This document shows positions 31,901 to 40,958 of a stretch of DNA of 64,000 bases, piece after piece (positions within the stretch are counted from its first letter, which is position 1; each line of letters begins with the position of its first letter). The DNA is taken from contig JALXBF010000116.1 in NCBI GenBank assembly GCA_026991575.1, positions 64,495-128,494 on the forward strand, in the 5' to 3' direction. A model generated the notes under the pieces. The model was not told the DNA's origin and made no database searches. It worked only from the letters and a program-made list of their open reading frames with translations. The position numbers were made by a program, and so were the translations under genes. The stretch is from Planctomycetota bacterium. GTDB lineage: Bacteria > Planctomycetota > Planctomycetia > JALXBF01.

Positions 31901-32216
31901 CCCGTCGCCGCCGGCTCGCCCACCATAGCGCGGCGAATGCACCAAAGGTCGTTTTGCCAATGCCCGTGACGGCGACTGTCGCGAATGACTCCCCGCGGAG
32001 CAGTCGGCGGATCCAGAGCCGCTGCAGCGCACGCGGTGGCCCCACAACACGTCGGAACGCGCTAACAAACTCATCAACCCCGGCCACGTCTGCCGCACTG
32101 CTCAGTTCACGACCCGTCGCCGCACACCGCCCTGCGGCTACCTCCTCCGACGTCAGATCACCCCCGCAGACCGGACAAAGTGAGCGATAGCGGACGGGTA
32201 TTCCGGCAGTCGACAT
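28947..32216 (-). CDS. rgy: Reverse gyrase
   Basis: N-terminal CPVCGG Zn finger and SF2 helicase-like motifs (TGIGKTT, DDVDAIL, RGIDLP, TYIQASGRCSR) fused to a topoisomerase IA part (IVESPTKA, CRSCG..CPRCG, TDPDAEGERIA, ITYHRTDS catalytic Tyr, GIGRPSTY). Confidence 0.96.
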   Translation of the reverse strand: MSTAGIPVRYRSLCPVCGGDLTSEEVAAGRCAATGRELSSAADVAGVDEFVSAFRRVVGPPRALQRLWIRRLLRGESFATVAVTGIGKTTFGAFAALWWASRRRRAYVLLPSSLLVATVTERILAWADQLQLRLRVNDSAGRGLSIAAYHADLAERDKQAAIAAIRSGKPRLVLTTARFLSAHWDDLAGQRFELLFADDVDAILKSSRNTERILTLLGYDDCHRRRRGVLIASTATARVGRGALLLRERLGLDVGSAAYTARNIIDALSPEVPEPERIYSVVATLGDGGLLFCRRIDQAVRLAEALRRWIPVEVADDRGALERFERGELAVLLGVASYYGRLVRGIDLPLRIRWTIFCGAPVWRIAVGELDGASPRVLRMLAILFREHPQLQPFRRALRRPAALRDEQLRSELAKALTKVLESGYQPSASDIVVRPGELVIPDVRTYIQASGRCSRLTPAGLTRGLSVVFEPDPAVRAALQRRAALFDIRFEPLNELDLRQIARELTEDRQRKAAAGAASDERSDPLRPALMIVESPTKARQIARFFGRPAVRVLAPNGNLRAYEVATGEWLLTVVASLGHVADLVTDEGLHGVHVNGTVRPVLAPIRRCRSCGYQSTDAPIQQCPRCGADDIDDAASRIAALRTLASDAERVFLGTDPDAEGERIAWDLDNLVATLAPRRARAEFHEVTRPAVQQALRETRPVAIARVHAQLVRRVEDRWIGFELSKHLWEVFGKHWLSAGRAQTAVLGWIVHRTEEARQRRAVAIDAEWRLEFEQVSEPEVWIEVSELERCQVTLTPPPPYSTDTLLYDAARYLKLNTSQTMQLAQRLFECGLITYHRTDSTHVSAAGWAIARAMLADRCVPRAWGEQGTHEAIRPTRPLRANEVQRLVVEGILQCEGLTRLHYALYDWIVRRFLASQSPPAEGLQARYRICVNDKTIEECRLIEVRGVAAELYRPAFPVLPALPEGRHRRQLSVKKLPRKPLLTEGEAVRLMKERGIGRPSTYAVILGKLKERGYVIERSNRLIATKLGRQIYAYLAGHFERFVSEARTRQLEARMAAVEEGRADPTELLRGVLEELHSIGQRRGG

Positions 32217-32328
32217 TGCGGGATCCCTCCGTTTGGCGAACCATGTACCGAGCCACGGCGCACAACGATTGAGCTGCGAGATGCCATTGTAGTACCCCCC
32301 GGAGGCCGTCCAGCGTACGTGTGGATCG

Positions 32329-33324
32329 ATGGCAAGTCACCGTTCAGAGCCGAAAGCTGTCCTCATCGTGGGACCACACCGTTCCGGCACGTCTGCCACC
32401 AGTGCGTTGGTTCATGGCTGGGGGCTGGAGCCGGCTACGGGCGACGTGGACCGCACGGGTGACCGGTTCAATCGCCGCGGGCTCTGGGAAGCCCGTTCGC
32501 TCGTAGAGCTAAACGACGCGCTACTGGCCAGCGTCGGAGTCTCGTGGAGTACAGCTCCACTGCTGGAATGGCAGTGGCCTGCCCGACTGCCGGATCGGTT
32601 GGCGTGGCAGAAGCGTTGTGAAGAGCTGGCAGCCCGGGCTGGCGCGGCCGGAGACTGGGTCTGGAAGGACCCGCGCCTCTGTGTGACGCTCGCTGTCTGG
32701 CGGGCCGTGCTTGCCGGTCGGCTGCTGGTGGTCGTTGTCGTGCGACACCCGCTGGCAACGGCCCTGTCGCTTGCCCGCAGGAATCGATTCCCAGTCGGCT
32801 TCGGTCTGGCTATCTGGACGCTGAGCGTCGCGCACGCGCTCTGCGCTGCGTCGCCTGGTGCCTGCTGTGCGGTTCACTTCGAGCAGCTCGTCGCTCGTCC
32901 GCAGGCCGCAGCCACTGCTCTGCACCACTGGCTGGCCAACCACGGTGTCACACGGCTGCGTCGGGAAGCCGCCGGGTGGGAAAGCCTGGACCGGTCCCTC
33001 ATCACTTCGAGCCCGCCGGACGAACCGCCGGGTGACGTGCTGCCGGTCTGCTGGGATCTTGCCTGGCAGCTCTACCGATCACTGCAGCCGGAGAGGGCAT
33101 TCGTGCCGATGGACGAGCAGCTTGAGCAGTTGGTCAGCTGGTGCGAACGGCATCTGCCCGGTCCCTTCCCCGCGGCAGTCGCCGAGGCGCTGGAGCGGCA
33201 GGTTACAGACCTGGCTGCCAAGGCAGAAGGGTATGAGATCCTGACGCGGCACCCGGTGCTGCGTTGGTTGCGCGCCGTGCGCCGGATGTTCCGCCGCCGT
33301 GATCACGCCCCCTCATGCCAGTAG
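32329..33324 (+). CDS. Sulfotransferase family protein
   Basis: PAPS-binding-like GPHRSGTS, WVWKDPRLC, VRHPLATALSL. Confidence 0.8.
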   Translation: MASHRSEPKAVLIVGPHRSGTSATSALVHGWGLEPATGDVDRTGDRFNRRGLWEARSLVELNDALLASVGVSWSTAPLLEWQWPARLPDRLAWQKRCEELAARAGAAGDWVWKDPRLCVTLAVWRAVLAGRLLVVVVVRHPLATALSLARRNRFPVGFGLAIWTLSVAHALCAASPGACCAVHFEQLVARPQAAATALHHWLANHGVTRLRREAAGWESLDRSLITSSPPDEPPGDVLPVCWDLAWQLYRSLQPERAFVPMDEQLEQLVSWCERHLPGPFPAAVAEALERQVTDLAAKAEGYEILTRHPVLRWLRAVRRMFRRRDHAPSCQ

Positions 33325-34032
33325 TGCCGCCAGGATGCCGGTCAATACGATGCCATCGAACGTGCCCGCACCGCCGATAACGACCAGATTCACCGGCAGG
33401 CGCACGACATCACGCAGGTGTAACAGATCAGCGCCGACCAGCGTGCCCACCACGCCGGCGACGAACGCCACCGGGGCCCGGTATGTGGCTGGCGTCCCGA
33501 ATCCGAGCAGTGCCCAGGTCGCCAGCAGCGATGCGCCCGCAGGCACGATCAGCGGCAGCGCGATGCCGACGCCAGGAACCGGCTGGGCAAGCAGATAGCA
33601 GATGGCCCCCGTGGCAACCGTTGCCAGGAAGGCCGCCGCCAGATAGCTTGGCCCGGCTACGGCCAGGTGGAGCAGTTCCCAGAGTGCCAGGAGCCCCGGG
33701 ACGATCGCCCCGCCAACGTTTAAGGCGACGACAACCTCGTCTGGAGAGCGGATCACCGGGACCAGGAAGGGGGGAATAGGAAATGGTGGTCGGACTTCGA
33801 CCACAACGTGAGGCCGCTTGATGCGGTAGACCGGCACGTTGATCAGGCCGCCGACCACGATGGCCAGGACGGCGAGCAAGGCCACTGGGGGGGCGAGGTG
33901 AAGCCGTTCCAGGGCCTGCTGCATGGCCGCCACGAAAAAGACAGGCATCAAGCACAGCAGCATCAGAAGGGCGAAAACGGCAAAGAGGAAGCCGAATACG
34001 GCGAGCGAATTCAGGCGGTAGGAGCCATCCAT
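33313..34032 (-). CDS. DUF1614 family membrane protein
   Basis: GGLINVPV, ALNVGGAIVP, PVPGVGI, GTLVGADLLHL, IGGAGTFDGIVLTGILA. Confidence 0.85.
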   Translation of the reverse strand: MDGSYRLNSLAVFGFLFAVFALLMLLCLMPVFFVAAMQQALERLHLAPPVALLAVLAIVVGGLINVPVYRIKRPHVVVEVRPPFPIPPFLVPVIRSPDEVVVALNVGGAIVPGLLALWELLHLAVAGPSYLAAAFLATVATGAICYLLAQPVPGVGIALPLIVPAGASLLATWALLGFGTPATYRAPVAFVAGVVGTLVGADLLHLRDVVRLPVNLVVIGGAGTFDGIVLTGILAALLA

Positions 34033-34163
34033 CGAAGAGTGATCTCCGTGCTGGTCGCTCAGCGTAGGCACACGGTGCTGGCTGCGGCCGTCCTAGCCCC
34101 CTGGAAAGGGTCGGGGCGATTCGCATAGCCTTAGTATCGTATGCACAGCGCGGAGGGCATGAG

Positions 34164-34937
34164 ATGCACGAGCTGATCGCACGCCAGTTTCGGCTTGATG
34201 GGAAAGTCGCCCTGGTCACCGGGGGCTCGAAAGGTCTTGGCAAGGCGATGGCCCGGGCCCTGGCTGCGGCCGGAGCCGATCTGGTCATCACAGCTCGCCA
34301 TCGTGAGACGTTGGAGCGCACCGCTGAGGAGATTCGAAGCGAGACTGGCCGTAAGGTCTCTGTGATCGTGGCAGATCTGAGCCGCCGTGACGAAAGTAAA
34401 CGGCTAGCGGCAGAGGCAACTGAGCGAGCTGGTCGCGTGGACATCCTCATCAATAATGCTGGCACAAATGTGCCGCAACCGATTCACGAAATTACCGACG
34501 AAACGTGGGACGAGATCGTCGAGCTGAACTTGTCTTCCGCCATGGCCCTGTCGCGCGCGCTGGCCCCGCAGATGATGGAACGGCGGTGGGGCCGCATCGT
34601 GCATGTCTCGTCGATCATGGGCTTCGTCTCGGCGCCGGGCCGAGATGTCTACTCGGCCACGAAGTCAGCGTTGTTAGGTTTGACACGGGCCATGGCCATC
34701 GACTTGGGGCCGTACGGCATTACCGTGAACTGCATCGCGCCTGGGCCGTTCCTGACCGACCTACCGATGAGCTTGCTTAGCAAGGAACAGCAGGAACAGT
34801 TCGCCAGACGCACCGCCCTAGGACGTTGGGGGAGGCCGGACGAGTTGATGGGAACGGTGCTGCTGCTGGCCTCGGAAGCGGGCGCGTACATCACCGGCAC
34901 GGCGATCGTGGTCGACGGCGGCTGGCTGGCCAAGTGA
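34164..34937 (+). CDS. SDR family oxidoreductase (gluconate 5-dehydrogenase-like)
   Basis: TGGSKGLG, INNAG, YSATK, NCIAPGPF. Confidence 0.92.
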   Translation: MHELIARQFRLDGKVALVTGGSKGLGKAMARALAAAGADLVITARHRETLERTAEEIRSETGRKVSVIVADLSRRDESKRLAAEATERAGRVDILINNAGTNVPQPIHEITDETWDEIVELNLSSAMALSRALAPQMMERRWGRIVHVSSIMGFVSAPGRDVYSATKSALLGLTRAMAIDLGPYGITVNCIAPGPFLTDLPMSLLSKEQQEQFARRTALGRWGRPDELMGTVLLLASEAGAYITGTAIVVDGGWLAK

Positions 34938-34941
34938 TCGC

Positions 34942-36021
34942 TCAGGCGGGCAGCCGAAAGACGCGGCGCAAGGCACGGATCAGCTGCCCGTGGAGCTCAA
35001 GCGGCTGTCCGTCGACAAGCGGTTCGGCGCGGCCCGTGAGCCCGTCCACGGCGCCTGCTGCCAGCGCAGCGTCCACCAGCCGGCACTCCCACGCAGGCGT
35101 GATCCAACGGGCTGCAAGCGGCCGGGCAGCACAGGCGGCAACCGCCAGGGCCAGCCCGTAAGCCCCCCAGTTGGAAACGCCCGCGAGGATCAGGCTGTCG
35201 GCGGGAGTGCGGCACGCAATCAGCCCGCCAAGGCCGTCTCGCAAGCTGATCTGTAGCAGCCGCCACGGAATGCGCCCCATGCCAATCTCGTTACCGCCGT
35301 CGCCCACGCCAACGCGGAACCAAGCTGGCCGCTCCAGCTCAAACCAGCGATCAAAGGCGGCGCAGCAGCCCGTTATCGGCTCGCCCCGACAGTTGTGGTA
35401 CTTCCCCCAGTGGCTTTCTGGCACAACTGCCTCGAAAACCGGATCTCGCTCACCGTCCAGCAGCGCGGTCTCAGGCCGATGGGCCGGACCAGGCCGTTCC
35501 ACAGCAATCACCACGCCGACCCTGCGCCCCCCGGCCGCATCGTATAACGCCTGCACCGCAGCCTCACGCTCTGCTGGTACCTCTTCCACACATCGAGTCT
35601 GAAGCACGGCTCCCGCCCGACGAACCTCCTCAGCGCAACGCTCCAGCACCCCCGCGCACAGCCGATCGGTAACCAAGACGACCTGCCAGCCAACCTCCGC
35701 CAGCGCAGCGCCGAGCAACACGGCTCCGGGCGGACCATCCGTCTCCGGCCGTAGCTGCCCTGCCCCTCGCACAGGAAAACCGGTTACGATGACCGCCCGA
35801 CCATGTGGGCGTGCCAGTCGCCGCGAAGCGCGTTGCAGATCGCCACGGACGTGCCCTAGGATTCCAAGGTCCCGGTCACTCACCAGGCCGCGCCGGTTTG
35901 GATCCCAGCGCAGCACCCGCTCCAGCCTGCGACACCAGGACAGTGGCCGCGGCGGTCTGAGGCGCTGTCGAAGCGTTCGAGGCAACGGCTGGCGATTCAT
36001 CCGGCACAGCGGCGGCATCAT
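34942..36021 (-). CDS. D-glutamate cyclase-like (DUF4392) protein
   Basis: ETDGPPGA, VERPG, GDGGNEIGMG, GVSNWGAY. Confidence 0.82.
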   Translation of the reverse strand: MMPPLCRMNRQPLPRTLRQRLRPPRPLSWCRRLERVLRWDPNRRGLVSDRDLGILGHVRGDLQRASRRLARPHGRAVIVTGFPVRGAGQLRPETDGPPGAVLLGAALAEVGWQVVLVTDRLCAGVLERCAEEVRRAGAVLQTRCVEEVPAEREAAVQALYDAAGGRRVGVVIAVERPGPAHRPETALLDGERDPVFEAVVPESHWGKYHNCRGEPITGCCAAFDRWFELERPAWFRVGVGDGGNEIGMGRIPWRLLQISLRDGLGGLIACRTPADSLILAGVSNWGAYGLALAVAACAARPLAARWITPAWECRLVDAALAAGAVDGLTGRAEPLVDGQPLELHGQLIRALRRVFRLPA

Positions 36022-36038
36022 GTCTGCCGAGCGGACGC

Positions 36039-37349
36039 TTACAGCGTCTTCACTTTCGCCTCAAAGATCTCGTACGCACGCAACTGGTCGCGAGCGAACG
36101 CCTGGGCCCCCTTGTCCCGAAGCTCATCCGTAAGCTGCTCCAGGCTGGTGCCCGCTGGAGCCAGCACTTCCTCGGCCACCATGGCGATCACCTCATCCGG
36201 ACTCCGTCGCTCCGCGCCACCACCAGCCAGCACCAGTTCTTCCCACCGTGCGATTGTCTCGCCCGTTTGTTCGATCCATGGCAACGGGTCGAAGATGGTA
36301 TCACGCCGAGGGATACCCTCCGTTGTGAGCTTCCGTTCCAGTGCCTCCAACGTGCCCACCGGAACGGTGTTGGCAACATATGGACCAAAGAAGGGTAGCA
36401 CGTAGATCAGATCGCTGTAGACGCCAGGCTTCTTGTTGCTACTGCTGGCGATCAATAGCCGCTGGATCGGCGCTCCGGGCCCCAGGGCCTTGAACCGCTG
36501 ACCGTACTCCCTCGCTTGCTCAGCCACGGGCGCAAGCACGCCGAGCGGGTCGTGCAGCGGTTCGCCCAGGAAGATGGTGCGGAACAGCCGGTAGACCAGC
36601 TTTGCGTTCGCAATGGCGGTCTTGCCCTTGAGCAGGCGCAATTCGGCGGCTGCCGCGGCGGAGTCCTGCAGCCGGGTGTCGATGAGGGCGTCGACGGCCG
36701 TGTCGAGCCGGCTTACGAAGAGGCTATTCACCGAGCGGATCGACCCGATGTCGGCACCGGCAGCCTTCGCATCTTCCAACCCTTCGATGAATCCGGCCAC
36801 GGTGTTGACGTAGTGGTGCATCCCGAAGACGAGCGTGATGTTTGGATTCACCAGCCGGCTCTTGCCCTCGCGCGCCCGCCGGGCCACCGACTCTCGGATC
36901 ATCGCTCGAATCGCCTCCGGCGATGGGCCAACGTTAGCCAGCTTGATCATCAACCACGGGGAGAGGTCCTGCAGCTGGTCAGCCTCGGCGATGACGGCCT
37001 GCGGGTCAGCGGCCCGGGTTGCGTCGGTCTCGCGGCTGAAAAGCAGCGCCGACTCCGGCGACAGCCACCGCTCCAACACCTCCGCCGACCGAAGCGCCTC
37101 CCGGTTGTACAGGATGTTGAAGATCTCCGTGGGGTTTTTCCCCTCGCGTTTCAGTCGAGCGATGTCGTCGTCGAAATGCCCTGCCTGCACCATCTTCAGA
37201 AACAGCGTCTGGTTGCTGGTCTGCCCCAACACCCCCTTGCGTACCCATGCTTCGAGGCGCTCCGGCTCGATGAGCCCGTCGATCAGGAACGCATTGCCGC
37301 CGGTTGCCGGATCGTACAGATCGCGCAGGCTACGTGCGATGTCCGCCAT
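36039..37349 (-). CDS. tal: Divergent transaldolase-family protein
   Basis: GQTSNQTLF, MIK (Schiff-base Lys), NITLVF, SLFVSRLDT, GKTAIANAKLVY, QRLLIAS, ANTVP. Confidence 0.75.
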   Translation of the reverse strand: MADIARSLRDLYDPATGGNAFLIDGLIEPERLEAWVRKGVLGQTSNQTLFLKMVQAGHFDDDIARLKREGKNPTEIFNILYNREALRSAEVLERWLSPESALLFSRETDATRAADPQAVIAEADQLQDLSPWLMIKLANVGPSPEAIRAMIRESVARRAREGKSRLVNPNITLVFGMHHYVNTVAGFIEGLEDAKAAGADIGSIRSVNSLFVSRLDTAVDALIDTRLQDSAAAAAELRLLKGKTAIANAKLVYRLFRTIFLGEPLHDPLGVLAPVAEQAREYGQRFKALGPGAPIQRLLIASSSNKKPGVYSDLIYVLPFFGPYVANTVPVGTLEALERKLTTEGIPRRDTIFDPLPWIEQTGETIARWEELVLAGGGAERRSPDEVIAMVAEEVLAPAGTSLEQLTDELRDKGAQAFARDQLRAYEIFEAKVKTL

Positions 37350-37409
37350 GGCATGTTCCTGTTGCGAGTTGCCGCGGGGCCGTCGTCGTGCCGCGAACAC
37401 TCAACAAGT

Positions 37410-37880
37410 TTATCGGTCGCGCGACGGCGAAGGGACTCGGAGAGGAGGTAGCCGCAGATCGTCGGCTCCACGATCGCCTGCGGACACTTTGCCGTCGGCG
37501 GGCGGGTCGTCGTCAAAATCCAGCAGCGACGGTCCGCCATCGATGATACGCGGCGCGTCCTGGTCAGCTCGACCGAACGGATGCAGCAACCGATCGAACC
37601 ACCGGCCCAAGGGAAAGAGGGAACGCCGCTTGCGCGGCTGCTCCGCGGAAGCAGGCCGCACCCCGACAGCCTCTCTAGCCATGCCACCTACGCGGCTTCG
37701 AAGCGTCTGCCAGGTGCGCGCCGGAAACCGGACCAGCTTCTGCCACAGGGTGTTCTTCCGCTGAGCCGCTTGCTCGGGTGCAGAGCCCGATAGCTTCCGC
37801 TGCTGGCCGGCGCCGGCTGCGCTGCTAAGCAACCCGACGGCCAGGATCAGACAAACGGCACAGCATCCTGCTGCGCGCAT
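37410..37880 (-). CDS. Hypothetical secreted protein
   Basis: GAGG RBS and signal-peptide-like MRAAGCCAVCLILAVGLLSSAAGA. No recognisable domain. Confidence 0.5.
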   Translation of the reverse strand: MRAAGCCAVCLILAVGLLSSAAGAGQQRKLSGSAPEQAAQRKNTLWQKLVRFPARTWQTLRSRVGGMAREAVGVRPASAEQPRKRRSLFPLGRWFDRLLHPFGRADQDAPRIIDGGPSLLDFDDDPPADGKVSAGDRGADDLRLPPLRVPSPSRDR

Positions 37881-38347
37881 GGGCACCTCCGTTTCGGCCA
37901 GCCCCATGTTGCTCTGACCCTTCTCTATCCCATCGCCTCGTATCTGTGAAGACCAGCCGGAGATGCAAACCTGATTCAGCTGCTGCACCCCCGCCGCCGT
38001 GCCGGATGGCCGGAACGCGGAGTAGAAATGTCGACTGCTAAGCAGCGGTGCTGACCCCCGTTGACGTGGATTGCGGCGGCGCAGCCTCCGTGCCTCGCCA
38101 TGCCAGGAAGCCCCTGCGGCCATGTGGACAAGAGCTGACTCGCCGCGTCGGCCGTTCACGCGCACCCATCGAGACACGCCTACGACCACCTGGCTATGCC
38201 GCTTTCCCACCGGGTCAGACTTCACAAGAAAGCTGTCAGAAATGGGCCGGACCAGCCGTACCAAGAAGGGGACAACAAGTGGTGGTGCCCGCGTCTGGAA
38301 CGCTGGCAATGTTGTGATTGTCTATAGCACAAACCGGGGAGGGAATC

Positions 38348-39802
38348 ATGCACCGCACACCCAATCAGCGAGGGGATTTCCCAGTGGTAGCACCGCACAA
38401 CGTGAAGCTCCGAACGGAGGTCAGGCAGGCGGAGGGTCGTATGACGTCGAAGCATCCAACCGATGTGCGCGATCCGGAACCAAAGGTGTCGTTCGTCGTT
38501 GAACCCGCTCAAGATGGAGGACCAATGCACAGGACAGCACTACGTTGTCTGCGCGCGATTCCCGCGACTGTCAGCGTTTTCGTGGCGGCGTACTTGCTGC
38601 TGGCTGGTTCTTCCCCGCTACCAGCAGGCACCGGGCCAGCGACACCGCAAGTGCCTGTCGAGCATAGCGTCTCCGTTCCCGCCCAACTGCACAACCCTGA
38701 GTGGGTCCGCGAGAAGGTCCTGGGTACGGTAAACGAACGGGCAGTCGGCAAGCACGCCGATTTCGACAGCTACTACAGCAGCCGCATGAAATCCGCCCGT
38801 GGCTACGCCCTCGAAGCCGAGTCTACGATCACGGTCAACTCCCGAATGCGTGCGACGGGTAAGCCGATACGGTGGATTCCGTCGGCAACCATCAACGGTC
38901 GCCACAGTACCATCGACATCTATGAAGTGGATATTGCCACAGGGAAGGTTCTCCGAAGGATTCAGGCGAAAGCCGGGGCGAACGCAGCCTGGCAGGCCCT
39001 GACTGACGCCAAGTACGAGAACATGCACATTCTCACCACCCAGGAATCGTACCGGCAACTCGAGCGAGAGCTGAAGCGGGTCGAGGCCCGTGGCAAACCA
39101 CTGAACTCCAAGTACGCCGCCCTCAAGAAGGCTATCCAAACTGGCCGGCTCATGCGCAGGCTGCCTTGCGGCGCTCCCCTACCCGAGGCATCACACCTCG
39201 ATAACGTGGCGCGCGCTTACTTACAGAAACACTGGAAACTGGCACTCCGCGTACGCGCCGGTGCTTCCGCTAGACCGGCAACGGCTCGAGCAGCCGCGAC
39301 GGCCACCAAGGCCCCCACGAGCAACGCCGCCAAAGCCCCCGGACGTTCCCCGACGCAGACCGGAGCGCGGAAGCCAGCCGGCTCCGTAAAGGCGCGCACG
39401 GTTAGCGTACCGAAAAGCCGGGTACGAACCCCGACGCCATCCACGACCTTAACGAAGTCCGCGGTCCGGCGCACGCGCATCTGGCAGCAGGTCGGCAAGC
39501 AGGCAACCAGGGTGACCAAGGCAGCACCAATGGTTGTCCTCACCGTAGAGGCGACACGAGTTGGCTACCACGCGTACCGGGGCGACATGAGGAGTGCCAC
39601 GAAGGCTGCAAGCGGAGCCGCGGGCGGCATAGCAGGTGCCAAGGCGGGTGCCGTTGCCGGAGCAACCATCGGTTCGGTTGCTGGCCCCGCTGGTGCCCTG
39701 ATTGGCGGAGCGGTCGGTGCCGTGGTTGGAGGCGTGGGTGGCGCGGTAGCCGCAGAAAAGGTAGGAGAGAAGATCTACGACTGGGTCACCAGTTGGTGGT
39801 AA
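38348..39802 (+). CDS. Hypothetical protein with N-terminal hydrophobic segment and C-terminal glycine zipper; start uncertain
   Basis: Long ORF with SD-preceded in-frame ATGs at 38348, 38441 and 38525. C-terminal GAAGGIAGAKAGAVAGATIGSVAGPAGALIGGAVGAVVGG. Confidence 0.7.
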   Translation: MHRTPNQRGDFPVVAPHNVKLRTEVRQAEGRMTSKHPTDVRDPEPKVSFVVEPAQDGGPMHRTALRCLRAIPATVSVFVAAYLLLAGSSPLPAGTGPATPQVPVEHSVSVPAQLHNPEWVREKVLGTVNERAVGKHADFDSYYSSRMKSARGYALEAESTITVNSRMRATGKPIRWIPSATINGRHSTIDIYEVDIATGKVLRRIQAKAGANAAWQALTDAKYENMHILTTQESYRQLERELKRVEARGKPLNSKYAALKKAIQTGRLMRRLPCGAPLPEASHLDNVARAYLQKHWKLALRVRAGASARPATARAAATATKAPTSNAAKAPGRSPTQTGARKPAGSVKARTVSVPKSRVRTPTPSTTLTKSAVRRTRIWQQVGKQATRVTKAAPMVVLTVEATRVGYHAYRGDMRSATKAASGAAGGIAGAKAGAVAGATIGSVAGPAGALIGGAVGAVVGGVGGAVAAEKVGEKIYDWVTSWW

Positions 39803-40456
39803 GCCGCCCGTGACCGAAGGCGCTACGCCGCTGACAGACTGCGTCCGGCCCGGTGTTCCTGCAGCTGGCTCTGCTCCATCCCCGGGGAGTCCGCGGCAGG
39901 AACCACCGGGCCCAATGGACGCCGCTGGCGGCAGTCGTGCTGCGCGGACAGGAACTACGATCACGACCGAGACGCCTTCAGCGACTCCCCCGCCTACGCG
40001 CCGCAGTAGCAAGCTCGACGCGGCAACCCGTCCGACGAGCCGAATGGATTTGTCCGCAGGGCGCCCGCTTGCTCCTGGACATGCCCGGTTGGCCTGCCCG
40101 CCTCCCAGCGGCGCGTGCAAACCCAGGGTAGGTCGCTGTCAGAGAGGAAAACAGCCGCGTTAGGCCATCTGGGACCGATGCCCGTGTGGGCCCGCGATGT
40201 GCTGTGGCAGTTGGCCGAGTCGCACCGCAGGTGCCCAGCCCGGTTCCGGGCAACGCGGTCAGACGAGTGGCTGGACGGCCGCACGCCGGCACCAGAACGA
40301 CCGCGGAGCTTCGGTCGTAGCGAACGGGAGCTTCCGGCATCGCCGCCAGCACAGCCAGACCAAGAAGGGTCATTGCGCTTGCGCGGGCACGGTTGCGTGT
40401 ATCGCATGCCTTGGCGCGAGCTGCGGCGTGGCACAGCCCATTCGTGAACGGTGCGC

Positions 40457-40486
40457 AAAGAAAAACGGCACCCGCGCCGGGTGCCG
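40457..40486 (-). terminator. Intrinsic terminator downstream of tRNA-Glu
   Basis: Minus strand CGGCACCC-GGCGC-GGGTGCCG followed by TTTTTCTTT. Confidence 0.8.
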
Positions 40487-40488
40487 AA

Positions 40489-40561
40489 TACCCCCAGCGG
40501 GACTCGAACCCGCGTCTCCTGGCTGAGAACCAGGTATCCTAGGCCGCTAGACGATGGGGGC
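40489..40561 (-). tRNA. tRNA-Glu (CTC), CCA not encoded
   Basis: GCCCCCATCGTCTAGCGGCCTAGGATACCTGGTT-CTC-AGCCAGGAGACGCGGGTTCGAGTCCCGCTGGGGGTA forms a cloverleaf with TTCGA T-loop. Confidence 0.96.
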
Positions 40562-40580
40562 ACCTTGTCGGTTCAGCCGC

Positions 40581-40609
40581 ATTATTGGCCGTGCCTGTCT
40601 GAGCGTCAA
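40581..40609 (-). promoter_or_regulatory. sigma70 promoter for tRNA-Glu
   Basis: Minus strand TTGACG, 17-nt spacer, AATAAT. Confidence 0.6.
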
Positions 40610-40958
40610 GTGCGGTGCGCTTGATTCGCCCCGTGGCCGGCCCGGATCCCGGTAACCGACCGTACCCCGGAGGTGGCCGAGCCTGCCGACCATCGCAGGC
40701 TGGTTCTGCCAGGCCCCGCCAACAGCACGCAAACGGAAGTTCATGGTGCCGCCCCCTCTCCCACCCGGTGATCGAGTTTCTGTTGGGCCGCGCGGAAACC
40801 TAGCAGCTCGGCGTTCTGCATCACTCGTCGCCGCCCGTTCTTGATCGCTTGAGTAGCACCGGACAGGCTCGCCGACGGCTACAATGAGCTAGGCGATGTA
40901 GCGTCCACCCGGCTTCGGGCGAGGCAAGGGTTTCATGCAAGACCGCAAGGGTAAAACG

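Noticed and set aside
39810-40447. Short ORFs between the orphan gene and tRNA-Glu
   Set aside because: Low-complexity products on both strands; none can be supported.
37400-40561. Integrative island at tRNA-Glu
   Set aside because: No duplicated tRNA 3' end and no integrase found, and the tRNA keeps its own terminator.
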